Source of the DNA: an uncultured delta proteobacterium
GTDB lineage: Bacteria; Desulfobacterota; Binatia; UBA9968
Assembly: GCA_963727625.1 (NCBI GenBank)
Contig: CAVSHR010000004.1
Span: 736,001 to 800,000, forward strand
DNA: 64,000 bases
Direction: 5' to 3'
This document shows positions 29,848 to 39,334 of the stretch, piece after piece. The stretch's first letter is position 1, and every line of letters begins with the position of its first letter. A program made the position numbers and the translations under genes. Below the pieces are notes generated by a model. It saw only the letters and a program-made list of their open reading frames with translations. It was not told where the DNA came from and made no database searches.

Positions 29848-31320
29848 ATGACCACCGACGGCATCCGTTTCGTCGACACCACCATCCGCGACGGGCATCA
29901 GAGCTTGTGGGCGGAGAACATGACCACCGGCATGATGTTGCCGGTAGCCGAAGCGATGGATCGGGCCGGTTTTGACGCCATCGAATTAATTTCCAGCTCG
30001 CATCTTAAAAAATGCGTGCGCGAGCTTAAGGAAGATCCGTGGGCGCGAGTCAAGCTCGTCAGCCAGCGCATCACGCGCACGCCGTTGCGACTGAACGCCG
30101 GCCGCTTTAGCGCCTTCGATCTCACGCCGCGCTCCATGTACCGGCTCTTCATGGAGCGCATGGCCGCCAACGGCATCCGCGAGGCGCGCATATCGGAAGA
30201 ATGGAACGAGCTCGAAGGCTGGGCTTGGAAGGTTGCCGTCGCCCGCGACGTCGGCATCAATCCGGTGCCGAATATTATTTATTCTGTCTCGCCGAAACAC
30301 ACCGACGAATATTTCGCCGAGCGCACTCGTAAGGCGGCATCGCTCAAAGTCAATCGCCTCTGTCTCAAAGATCCCGGCGGTCTGCTCACACCCGAGCGTA
30401 TCCGCACGCTGGTGCCGATCATGTTCGCCAATGCCAGCGGTATTCGACTGGAGCTGCACACCCACTGCACCACCGGCCTCGGGCCGCTGTGCTGCCTGGA
30501 AGCGGTCAAGCTCGGTATCAAGATCATCAATACAGCCCTGCCGCCGCTGGCCGACGGCTCGTCGAATCCGTCATTGTTCAATGTCGCGCGAAATCTCCGC
30601 GCCCTCGGCTATCAAACGCTTATCGACGAAGAGGTTCTCAAGCCCGTGTCGGATCACTTCACCTACATCGCCAAGCGCGAAGGTTTCCCCATCGGCGCGC
30701 CGTTGGAGTACGACTATTCTCAGTACCAGCATCAGGTGCCCGGCGGCATGATTTCCAACCTGCGCTTCCAATTGCGCAAAGTCGGCATGGAGAGCAAAAT
30801 CGACCAGGCCCTCGAGGAAACCATGCGCGTGCGCGCCGAGCTCGGTTATCCGATCATGGTCACGCCGCTGTCGCAATTCGTCGGCAGCCAAGCCGCGATC
30901 AACGTCATCGTCGGCGAGCGCTACAAGGAAGTGACGGATCAAATCATTCAATACGCGCTCGGCTACTGGGGCAAGGAAGGCGCGGAGCTGATGGACCCAA
31001 AGGTCAAAGCGAAGATTTTGGATCGCCCGCGCGCCAAAGAATGGGCCGGGTGGCAGCCCCCTGAGCCGACCATCCCCGAGCTGCGCAAGAAAATGAACGC
31101 CGAGAGCGTCTCCGACGAGGAATTTTTGCTCCGCTGGAATTTAAACGTAGATGAGATACAAGCGATGCGCGCGACCGGCGCGCCCAAGGAATATCTGACC
31201 TCGCGCCAGCCCCTGGTGAATCTGCTCGACGCCCTGGCCAAGCGCGGCGACTACCGCCAGATCGTCATTCAGAAAGGCGACATGGTCGTGTCACTCAACC
31301 GCAGTGCGCCGGAGGCGTGA
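29848..31320 (+). CDS. Pyruvate/oxaloacetate carboxyltransferase-family subunit, paralog 2
   Basis: Same motifs as the 27201 gene, with long identical stretches (IRFVDTTIRDGHQSLWAENMTTGMMLP; GYPIMVTPLSQFVGSQAAINVIVGERYKEVTDQ). Confidence 0.9.
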   Translation: MTTDGIRFVDTTIRDGHQSLWAENMTTGMMLPVAEAMDRAGFDAIELISSSHLKKCVRELKEDPWARVKLVSQRITRTPLRLNAGRFSAFDLTPRSMYRLFMERMAANGIREARISEEWNELEGWAWKVAVARDVGINPVPNIIYSVSPKHTDEYFAERTRKAASLKVNRLCLKDPGGLLTPERIRTLVPIMFANASGIRLELHTHCTTGLGPLCCLEAVKLGIKIINTALPPLADGSSNPSLFNVARNLRALGYQTLIDEEVLKPVSDHFTYIAKREGFPIGAPLEYDYSQYQHQVPGGMISNLRFQLRKVGMESKIDQALEETMRVRAELGYPIMVTPLSQFVGSQAAINVIVGERYKEVTDQIIQYALGYWGKEGAELMDPKVKAKILDRPRAKEWAGWQPPEPTIPELRKKMNAESVSDEEFLLRWNLNVDEIQAMRATGAPKEYLTSRQPLVNLLDALAKRGDYRQIVIQKGDMVVSLNRSAPEA

Positions 31321-31377
31321 ACGCGCCGCCGTGATTCCAAGCACGCCCACGATCACGATCGCGAAATTATAAATAAA

Positions 31378-31743
31378 ATGGATCGCTTTTTTTTCACCGC
31401 TGGAGCCGTGATGGCCTTTCTCGCCGTCGGCCTCGGCGCCTTCGGCGCCCACGCCCTGAAAGACCGTCTCACGCCCGACATGCTCAACATCTTCGAAGTC
31501 GGCGTGCGCTATCACATGTATCACGCGCTCGCGCTGCTCGCGGTCGGCTGGGCTTCGTCGCGCTGGCCGGAGAGCAACCTCAATACCGCCGGCTGGGCGT
31601 TTATCGTCGGCATCATCATCTTTTCCGGCAGCCTCTATATCCTCAGCATTTTCGGCATCCGCTGGCTCGGCGCCATTACGCCGCTCGGCGGTCTCGCCTT
31701 TCTGCTCGGCTGGGCCATCCTCGTTTGGTCCCTCGGACGGTGA
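31378..31743 (+). CDS. DUF423 (YgdD/TMEM256) membrane protein
   Basis: GAFGAHAL, YHMYHA, IFSGSLY, GAITPLGG. Confidence 0.92.
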   Translation: MDRFFFTAGAVMAFLAVGLGAFGAHALKDRLTPDMLNIFEVGVRYHMYHALALLAVGWASSRWPESNLNTAGWAFIVGIIIFSGSLYILSIFGIRWLGAITPLGGLAFLLGWAILVWSLGR

Positions 31744-31757
31744 CAAATAAACAAAGT

Positions 31758-31821
31758 TGGAGTAACGGAGCGCTGGAGTATCGGGAAATTCGACCCAGCA
31801 CTCCAATGGTCCATTACTCCG
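31758..31821. repeat. Family A palindrome
   Basis: tggagtaa cggagcgc tggagtat ... gcactcca atggtcca ttactccg. Confidence 0.8.
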
Positions 31822-31865
31822 ATTATGCTTTTGCGTTTTCCCATCCCATCGTTTAGCCTTTTTCT

Positions 31866-32984
31866 ATGATTATCGGCGTGCCGAAGGAAATCAAAACCGA
31901 AGAGAACCGCGTCGCGGTCACGCCCACCGGCGTCGCCGGCTTTGTCGCACACGATCATCAGGTGCTGATCCAAAAAGACGCGGGAGCCGGCAGCGGGCTT
32001 AGCGATCGGGCTTACGAGCGCGCCGGCGCAACCATCGTGGAATCAGCGGAATCGATCTGGCGACAAGCCGACATGATCATGAAAGTGAAGGAGCCGCAGG
32101 AGTCCGAGTTTGCGCTCATGGGTGCGGGACTCATTCTCTTTACCTATCTGCATCTCGCCGCCAACGAAACCGTTACCCGTGCGCTGCTCGAGCGAAAAGT
32201 CACGGCGATCGGGTACGAAACGATCCAGATCGACGACGGCTCGCTGCCGCTCTTGGCGCCGATGAGTGAGATCGCCGGACGGCTATCCATCCAGGTTGGA
32301 GCCTGGTGTTTGCAAGCCGAAAATGGCGGCCGCGGGATTTTGCTCGGCGGCGCGTCCGGCGTTCGTCCCGCGAAAGTGGTGATTCTCGGTGCCGGCATGT
32401 CGGGAACCGCCGCATGCCAAGTCGCGACCGGCATGGGCGCCCATGTCGGCATTCTCGACGTCAATCCTTCCAAGCTCCGCTACGTGCACGACATTCTCGG
32501 CGGACGGTTGACCACCTTGATGTCCAACCGCGCCAATGTCGAAGAAGAAGTCGTTGATGCGGATTTGGTGATCGGCTCGGTCTTGATTCCCGGCGCCCAG
32601 GCGCCCAAGCTGATTTCTCGCGCGCTCGTACGACGCATGAAGCCCGGCGCAGCCTTCGTCGACATCTCCATCGACCAGGGCGGCTGCGCGGAAACTTCCC
32701 GTCCGACCAACCACCGCGCGCCCATCTATCTTGAAGAAGAAGTCGTGCATTATTGCGTGACCAACATGCCGGCGATCGTGCCCAACACATCGACCTATGC
32801 ATTGACCAACTCGACGCTCTCCTACGGCTTGCAGCTCGCCAACCGCGGCTTTCCGCAGGCGCTGGCGCGAAACAGCGCCCTCGCCAGAGGGCTCAACACC
32901 TACGACGGCAAAGTCACCCATGAAGGGGTGGCCAATGCTTTCAACTTGCCGTGGACCCCGATCGAGGAGGTGATCCACTCATGA
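31866..32984 (+). CDS. ald: Alanine dehydrogenase
   Basis: MIIGVPKEIK.EENRV, FTYLHLA, LLAPMSEIAGR, IDQGGC.ETS, YCVTNMP. Confidence 0.95.
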   Translation: MIIGVPKEIKTEENRVAVTPTGVAGFVAHDHQVLIQKDAGAGSGLSDRAYERAGATIVESAESIWRQADMIMKVKEPQESEFALMGAGLILFTYLHLAANETVTRALLERKVTAIGYETIQIDDGSLPLLAPMSEIAGRLSIQVGAWCLQAENGGRGILLGGASGVRPAKVVILGAGMSGTAACQVATGMGAHVGILDVNPSKLRYVHDILGGRLTTLMSNRANVEEEVVDADLVIGSVLIPGAQAPKLISRALVRRMKPGAAFVDISIDQGGCAETSRPTNHRAPIYLEEEVVHYCVTNMPAIVPNTSTYALTNSTLSYGLQLANRGFPQALARNSALARGLNTYDGKVTHEGVANAFNLPWTPIEEVIHS

Positions 32985-33937
32985 GACTGGTCACTCGCGC
33001 GGATTTCGACGGCCTGGTCTGCGGCGCGCTCGTCACCAAGTTTGAAAACATCGACGATTATCTATTCGTCGAGCCGAAGTTCATGCAGGACGGCCTGGTG
33101 AATATCCGCACAGGCGACATCATCACCAACCTGCCCTACCACCCCAACTGCACGCTCTGGTTCGACCACCACATCACCAATACCACGCCGGACTTTCCCC
33201 AGCCGATCATGCTCGGCAAAGGCGGCTTTCGTCTGGCGCCAAGCGCGGCGCGGGTGGTTTATGAATACTATACGCAAATAGGCAGTAGGCGTGAGGCAAC
33301 AGGCAATAGTAAGAGTTGGCCCGAGGAGATACTTCCATTTTTGAATAGCGAGCGGATTGTATATCTGCTGCACGAGGCGGATCGGATCGACGCCGGCAAG
33401 CTCGAACAATCAGACGTGCTCGATCCGCAGGGCTACGTTTTGATTTCCATGACCACGGACGGGAGAAACGCCGGCGACGAGTCCTACTGGCTAAAGATCA
33501 TCGATCTGCTGCGCGATCAGACATTGGAAGAAACGCTCAACGATCCCCAAGTCAAACGGCGCTGCCAGCAGATCCGCGACGAACAGGGAAAACTACGAAA
33601 GCTCTTACTGGAACGCGCCGAGCTAAGAGCAAACGTCGTCTACGTCGACTTGCGCGGCGTCAAAGAGATCCCCGACGGCAACCGGTTTTTGATCTTTACG
33701 CTGTTTCCTCAAGGCAACATCCAGGTGAAAGTTGCTCACGACACCCAGCGTGAAAACACCACGGCAATTTCCGTCGGCTACAATATTTTCAACCCGACTT
33801 CCAATGTCAACGTCGGCGAACTGCTGGCGAACTACGGCGGCGGCGGCCACAAAGTCGTTGGCTCCAGCCGCGTGCCCAACGACAAGGCGGAGCAGGCGAT
33901 TAAAGAAATCGTCGAAGCGGTGACTGAAAAGGCATGA
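32981..33937 (+). CDS. DHH-family phosphoesterase (exopolyphosphatase-like/nanoRNase type)
   Basis: RLVTRADFDGLVC, PKFMQDG, FDHH, GNRF, YGGGGH. Confidence 0.85.
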   Translation: MRLVTRADFDGLVCGALVTKFENIDDYLFVEPKFMQDGLVNIRTGDIITNLPYHPNCTLWFDHHITNTTPDFPQPIMLGKGGFRLAPSAARVVYEYYTQIGSRREATGNSKSWPEEILPFLNSERIVYLLHEADRIDAGKLEQSDVLDPQGYVLISMTTDGRNAGDESYWLKIIDLLRDQTLEETLNDPQVKRRCQQIRDEQGKLRKLLLERAELRANVVYVDLRGVKEIPDGNRFLIFTLFPQGNIQVKVAHDTQRENTTAISVGYNIFNPTSNVNVGELLANYGGGGHKVVGSSRVPNDKAEQAIKEIVEAVTEKA

Positions 33938-34007
33938 GGCGACAGGCGTGAGGCACGAGTCCGAAAATCTTGCTGTTGCCTCACGCCTCGTGCCTCGCGC
34001 CTAGCCT
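33930..34007. repeat. Family D palindrome (7-nt AGGCNNN x4, then NNNGCCT x4-5)
   Basis: aggcatg aggcgac aggcgtg aggcacg ... gttgcct cacgcct cgtgcct cgcgcct agcct. Confidence 0.88.
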
Positions 34008-34009
34008 AT

Positions 34010-34342
34010 ATGAAAGTCCTAAAGATCCGTCAGGCACTCAAAAGACTCAAGAAGCTCAACGAGGAAATCTATTACGCCGATTGCTTCTCCGAAAAACAAT
34101 TCACCAGCGGCCTGATCGCCTTCCGGCCGACGAAACATTCGAGCCCCAATCAGATCAATCACGCCGACAAAGACGTCGTCTGCCATGTCGTCAAAGGCAG
34201 CGGCCGGCTGCGGGTTGACGGCAAGCGTATTGCGCTAAAGCCGGGAATGGTTTGTCACATCCCGAAGAGAACCCCGCATGATTTTACCGCGGGGAAAAGC
34301 GGTGATCTGATTTTGTTCTATTCGTTGATTAAAACGGCCTAG
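34010..34342 (+). CDS. Cupin domain protein
   Basis: H.DKD..CHVVKGSG...LKPG.VCHIP..TPH. Confidence 0.75.
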   Translation: MKVLKIRQALKRLKKLNEEIYYADCFSEKQFTSGLIAFRPTKHSSPNQINHADKDVVCHVVKGSGRLRVDGKRIALKPGMVCHIPKRTPHDFTAGKSGDLILFYSLIKTA

Positions 34343-34530
34343 CTCGTAACCGACCCGGACGGTCGTGAGTTTTTGACATCGGCGCGAGCGGCGATTTTCG
34401 CGCCGATCCAATCTAACGATCCAGTCATCCCGAACGGGGACGCGGGGGATGCAAGTTTTCTCGCTCCGCTCGAAATGACACGATGATTAAACTCCAAATA
34501 TTTTTTACCTGATCAGCGATGGCACTCCCC

Positions 34531-35730
34531 TCACCACCACTTCGTCGGCTCGTATTTCGCTTTTAAAAACCCGTCCCACACGGCCGAGGCCGGCTTGGGC
34601 CGGCGATCGCTGGTCTGCATGCCAACGTAAGCCCAGAGTTTTGCCAGGTCGGCAAGCGGCGGGCGAAGGCGAGCGACCAGGCGATCGGAATCGGTGGTGG
34701 CAAAATTGATGACGAATTCGTAGCCGTCGCGGGCGGCGGTTTTGAGCAGATACTCGGTGAACTCGGCCTGGTCGTTTTGGGAGCCATAAAGCGTGGTGTT
34801 GTAAGACTTCAGATCGACGCTTCGCGAGGTCATGCCGCTTTCGGAAATCGCGATGCCTTTCTTGAAGCGCGTGGCAAAATCGAGAAAGCGCGGCGGCACC
34901 GGCCGCTGCATTTCCGCGCTCATGTGCGGGTAAAAGCTCATGGCGAACAGATCGCTGTAGCGCATCATGTCCGCCACTTCTTTCTCCTGATTCTTGCCCT
35001 TGGCCTCTCGCGTCAGGCGCCGGTAGTGCAGCACCTCGGTGGTAAAAAACACCGGCAGCGAGCGGTAGATTTTCTTGACTGCGTTATAGGTATCGCGATG
35101 CAGCTCTTTGAGCTGCCGCCATTTGGATTGATCCCGCGACAGCAATACATTGGATTCGACGCCGATCGCAAGATAATCGGGCCGCATCGCTTGCACCGCC
35201 CGCAGGACGAAATTGAGATAGGCCCGCTTTACCCGAGGGCTGTTGAGCGCCTCGGTGCTCCAAGGCCGCGGCAGGGGCAGGTTGTCGGTCTCGCCCCAGT
35301 AGGGCGCCAAGCCCCGTTTGTCCTTGTTGAGCGGCGAGATCGACAGAAACAATTTTTTCCCAGGCCCCGGGCGGTAGCTCAGATTTTCTTGGACGTCTTT
35401 CGAAAAAGGCTTGCCAGCAAGCGCTTCAGGCCAAGGAATGCCGCCGATAAACATCACTGAAACGATGTCGCCGTGGGTTTGCGCGTAGTCGCGCGCGGTT
35501 GCGACACCCTCTTCGTTTAAGTCGGCGGGCCAAAGCGTAAAGCCCATGTAGAACGGTCGGGTTGTCGGGCCGCGATACTGCGGTAGAGGCGCCAGCGCAG
35601 GCGGCTGCGGCGCAGCCGGCGCGGCATCCCGGCGCTGGCGCGCGGGACCCATAAAGCCGTCTCCGGCACAAGCGGCGAGAGTTAAGAGTGCCAGCAAAAC
35701 CACCGACCACCGGGAAATGCGAATTGCCAT
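34531..35730 (-). CDS. Lipoprotein with a glycoside hydrolase TIM-barrel-like domain
   Basis: Lipobox LAAC; YLAIGVESN, AMSFYP and IAISESG suggest clan-A type Glu residues. Confidence 0.6.
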   Translation of the reverse strand: MAIRISRWSVVLLALLTLAACAGDGFMGPARQRRDAAPAAPQPPALAPLPQYRGPTTRPFYMGFTLWPADLNEEGVATARDYAQTHGDIVSVMFIGGIPWPEALAGKPFSKDVQENLSYRPGPGKKLFLSISPLNKDKRGLAPYWGETDNLPLPRPWSTEALNSPRVKRAYLNFVLRAVQAMRPDYLAIGVESNVLLSRDQSKWRQLKELHRDTYNAVKKIYRSLPVFFTTEVLHYRRLTREAKGKNQEKEVADMMRYSDLFAMSFYPHMSAEMQRPVPPRFLDFATRFKKGIAISESGMTSRSVDLKSYNTTLYGSQNDQAEFTEYLLKTAARDGYEFVINFATTDSDRLVARLRPPLADLAKLWAYVGMQTSDRRPKPASAVWDGFLKAKYEPTKWW

Positions 35731-35888
35731 AAGGGTCAATATTAAGCTATCGATATCAAGGGTCAAGCAATCGCGAAGGCGTCCCTTCCCTTGACTTAGC
35801 AAGAAATTCTCGGAGAATGAGGGAAACTTCAGAGGGCAGCTGAGCGCTCCATGGCACCATCCACGACTCGGTTGGGCGAACAAACATT

Positions 35889-36815
35889 TTGCAATTCGCG
35901 CAACGAATAAAACCGCTCGGCCTCGGCGTCATGTTCGCGCTGGGTATGGTTTCGTTCGCCGCCTGCTCTTCGCGTTCTGTTTCACCTGAGACGCGCTATG
36001 CCCCGGCGGGCGACCTTCTCGACATCGTGAAAGATTTTCAACGCTTGGCCAGGGAGGACAGCTATCGTTTCCCGATTCCTAAGGATATCACCGGGATCAA
36101 CATCATGAAGGCCACGCTGGTGCGCTTGGACGATTACGAGCGCAAAAATCCCAATCAGTACAGCGACATCGTCCAGTTCAACAAAGCCTTGGCCCTGCAA
36201 CGGTTGAGAGAATACGATCAAGCTGCGGCGCTCTTCCGCAAGGTGGCGGACAATGGCGGCCGCCTCGGCGCCGAGGCGGCCAAGAACGCCGAGATTCTCG
36301 ATGATTTCCTGCGTATCTTCGATCGCGCCGTGCCGACCGACGACCCGTTCAAATACATCGCCGGTCTCGACCAGAAAGTCGCCGCCTGGAATCAGCTCAT
36401 TCAAAAACACAAGGGCACACCCTACGAGTTTCTTGCGCGCGAAGAAGAAGAACGGATCGACCGGGCCAAGGTCGCTTTCGTCGAGGCCAATCGCTACCGC
36501 CTGAAGGAAGGCAACCAGCTGACCATCGTCGGCTTCAGCCAGCTGGTCACCAAACATCAGCAAAGCAAGAATATTTACCGCTATCTCATCGACTTCGGCG
36601 ACTTTTACATGCGACTTGCAAATGAGTATGCATCTCAGTACGATCCCGAGGGATTAATCTTCAATTTCAAGCTTTTGGACCAGTTTGTCAAATCGGCGCT
36701 TAAGCTTTACTCCGAAGTCGCCCAGGTCGACGGCATATTGGAAAAAATCGAGGCCCAGGGAAAGATCGAAGCGGCCCGCGGTTTTTTGGAAAAAATGACG
36801 AGACTCAATCGATGA
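35889..36815 (+). CDS. Helical/TPR-like lipoprotein of unknown function
   Basis: Lipobox FAAC; TPR-like segment FNKALALQRLREYDQAAALFRKV; start uncertain (35889 or 35931). Confidence 0.65.
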   Translation: MQFAQRIKPLGLGVMFALGMVSFAACSSRSVSPETRYAPAGDLLDIVKDFQRLAREDSYRFPIPKDITGINIMKATLVRLDDYERKNPNQYSDIVQFNKALALQRLREYDQAAALFRKVADNGGRLGAEAAKNAEILDDFLRIFDRAVPTDDPFKYIAGLDQKVAAWNQLIQKHKGTPYEFLAREEEERIDRAKVAFVEANRYRLKEGNQLTIVGFSQLVTKHQQSKNIYRYLIDFGDFYMRLANEYASQYDPEGLIFNFKLLDQFVKSALKLYSEVAQVDGILEKIEAQGKIEAARGFLEKMTRLNR

Positions 36816-39322
36816 AAATTAAAGCGCTCTTCGTGGGAATCGTGGTTTGGCTCTCCGGCTTTGGCGCTGTGATTGCGGCGGCTCACGCCAATGAGCTGGC
36901 CCTGGAAAAGATTCTCAACCCGGTCGCCGATTACGATCCCTTCGAGGCGCCCGCCGCCGCGGCGCCGAAATACTTTCCCGATGAGGTCGATCGCCGCACG
37001 CGCGATCTGTTGATCGACGCTTTGACCGATCGGAAAGACGCCCTGGCCGACCATCTGCGCTTTTTCCAAAAAGAAGACGCCCGGCTGCAGAAACAAAGCG
37101 GCTCCGTCACCGGCTTGAGCGAGCATGCGCAAGATCTCCTCAACAACACGATTGAGGACCGGGAACGTTACCTCGCGGCGCAGAAGCAAGCGATCAAAAA
37201 CGCCTCGACGCCGGTGCGCAAGAAATATCTCGAAGCCATCGTCAACAACGACGACATGAACCAGTCCGAACAATTGATGCGGCAAAGTTCGACCAATTTC
37301 TGGGGTGGCATGTTCAACCGCATGCTGAGCTCCGTGGACCTCGTCGGCGTGGCTTCAGGCAACTACATCGGTGCCGCCGCCGAGACCACGATCAACCAGC
37401 TTTATGCCCTGATGGACCGGGACATGCCTGTTGAAGAACGGCGCGCCCTCGCCCGCGACCTCGCCCACTTGAAGCGTTTTCCCGACGATCCGCGCAACGC
37501 GGAGATTCGCAAACAGGTCAAAGCTCTCGTCAAAAAGAAAAAGGATGCGTTGACGCGCAAGCAAGTCGCTAAAGCCGATGAAGCCTTGGGCAAGGGTGAA
37601 CCGGAGAAGGCGCTGTTTTTCATCGACATGGCGACGTTCATCGATCCGCAGTCCAAAGCGTTCGACGCTCTCCGCGAGCAAGCGACCAAGGCGCTGCGGG
37701 AGCTTGAACAGGCGCGCCAAAAAACCCTGGTGGCGCGACCGGATAGCAAAACCAGCGCCGAGCAGCGAGCCGACGTCAAGCTGCTGCTCGAGGCCCTGAC
37801 GCTGCGCGACAGCAATCATTTGCAGCGGGTCGCCATCGATATCGATAAAAAATATTCGGGCATGCCGCTGGCCGATGCCGCGCGCGACGCCGAAGCGGTG
37901 GCGCTGGAAATGAAAGGCTGGCGCGAGGCGGCGAAAAAAGCCATAGAGCAATTGGCCAAGTCTTCGTCGAATCCGGAAACCAAAAAACGCGTTGCCGCGC
38001 TGCTCACAAGCCCGGAGTACAACCTGCTTACGCCCTTTCAAGAAGCGCGCACCGAACGCCGCCTGCAATCGGCCAAATATGTTTTGTTCGGCGAAGACTT
38101 TCTCAAAAGAAATTTGCTTTTCGCTGCCGGCGCGATGGCGGCAGCCGGCCCCGGAGCAGTGGCAACCCTGGGCATGGCCAACGCCCTCATGGTGAGCAAC
38201 AATCTTTATCAGGTGATGACCCATAATCCGGTTTCGGCTCAGCCGGTGATCGATGCCGGCGTCGCCTATGTGCGCAACCATCCCAATTCGGAAAATGCCC
38301 GGGATGTCTACAAGGTTCTCGCCGACGCTTATGAAGATCGCGGCATGCTCGATCGTGCGATCAGCTACCATGAGCTGGCCGGTTCGCCGAAGGAAAAGAT
38401 CGACGAGCTGAAAGACAAAGCGGCGAAGAATTATCTCATCGCCGCGAGCAAGACCAAGGCACGCGCCAGCCGGGAATATTATCTGACCCAGGCGGTGGAT
38501 CAGAATCCCGACAGCCCAACCGCCGCCGAAGCCATCAAAAAACTCGCGCAATTGGCCAAGGACGAAAACCAAGGGCTGCGCATGAGCAAACAGTTTCTGA
38601 TCGAGAACCCCGAACTCTTCGGACCGCGGGGGCTAGGGCTAAAGGCTTCGTTGTTCGACGGCACTCCGAAAAATATGGAGATCGCAGAGCGCGGTGTGAA
38701 CTTGTTAAGCGACAACGAGATTTTGGTTTATTATCAGACACCCTGGGGGGTGAAGAGCCAGAGCTACCCGCTGGCCAAACCGATCTCTGAAAGCTTCTTC
38801 ATCACGCTGCGCGAGAAGAACCAACAAGTCGCTCTGGCCGACGTCAACCGGCGCGCCAAGGACAGCGTCGGCGGCATCAAAGATCTACCCGCGTCGATCG
38901 TCAAAGCCGAACGGGAGCGGCGCCGCGCCGCAGGCGAGGAGCGCGGCGAGGACACGACTTTTACACTGGTGCGCGAGGCCGGGGGATCGAGCGGCAATTA
39001 CCGGAAAGTTTTAGACTTCGATCTGCTGACCGAAAACGAACGCGATCCCGGCAGCAAGTATAAATTGCCGCCGATAGCGGGCAGCATCTCGGCCAGCCGC
39101 TTCAGCATGACCGGCGCGCTGCCCACCGGTTTGTGGGGCAGCCAAGTCGCCGTGGGCGGCGACAGCAGGAGCCCGTTCGCCGGGGTTCAAACGCCGATTC
39201 CGCTGCTCGAGGGCTTTATTCCCCTCGATTTTCTGATACAAGGTCGTCCCGGCGGCATTTCGGTCTATCCGAGAATTCACAGCACAGCAGATAACGGCGA
39301 AGATCCGGAACTTTATCGCTAG
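36812..39322 (+). CDS. Large exported helical-repeat protein of unknown function (836 aa)
   Basis: Signal peptide ending AHA; TPR-like segments; beta-rich C-terminus; ATGA overlap with the upstream gene. Confidence 0.7.
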   Translation: MKIKALFVGIVVWLSGFGAVIAAAHANELALEKILNPVADYDPFEAPAAAAPKYFPDEVDRRTRDLLIDALTDRKDALADHLRFFQKEDARLQKQSGSVTGLSEHAQDLLNNTIEDRERYLAAQKQAIKNASTPVRKKYLEAIVNNDDMNQSEQLMRQSSTNFWGGMFNRMLSSVDLVGVASGNYIGAAAETTINQLYALMDRDMPVEERRALARDLAHLKRFPDDPRNAEIRKQVKALVKKKKDALTRKQVAKADEALGKGEPEKALFFIDMATFIDPQSKAFDALREQATKALRELEQARQKTLVARPDSKTSAEQRADVKLLLEALTLRDSNHLQRVAIDIDKKYSGMPLADAARDAEAVALEMKGWREAAKKAIEQLAKSSSNPETKKRVAALLTSPEYNLLTPFQEARTERRLQSAKYVLFGEDFLKRNLLFAAGAMAAAGPGAVATLGMANALMVSNNLYQVMTHNPVSAQPVIDAGVAYVRNHPNSENARDVYKVLADAYEDRGMLDRAISYHELAGSPKEKIDELKDKAAKNYLIAASKTKARASREYYLTQAVDQNPDSPTAAEAIKKLAQLAKDENQGLRMSKQFLIENPELFGPRGLGLKASLFDGTPKNMEIAERGVNLLSDNEILVYYQTPWGVKSQSYPLAKPISESFFITLREKNQQVALADVNRRAKDSVGGIKDLPASIVKAERERRRAAGEERGEDTTFTLVREAGGSSGNYRKVLDFDLLTENERDPGSKYKLPPIAGSISASRFSMTGALPTGLWGSQVAVGGDSRSPFAGVQTPIPLLEGFIPLDFLIQGRPGGISVYPRIHSTADNGEDPELYR

Positions 39323-39334
39323 GAGCAAACTCAG

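Noticed and set aside
27201-31320. Assembly duplication of the carboxyltransferase gene
   Set aside because: The copies differ at many synonymous and non-synonymous sites, so they are true paralogs.
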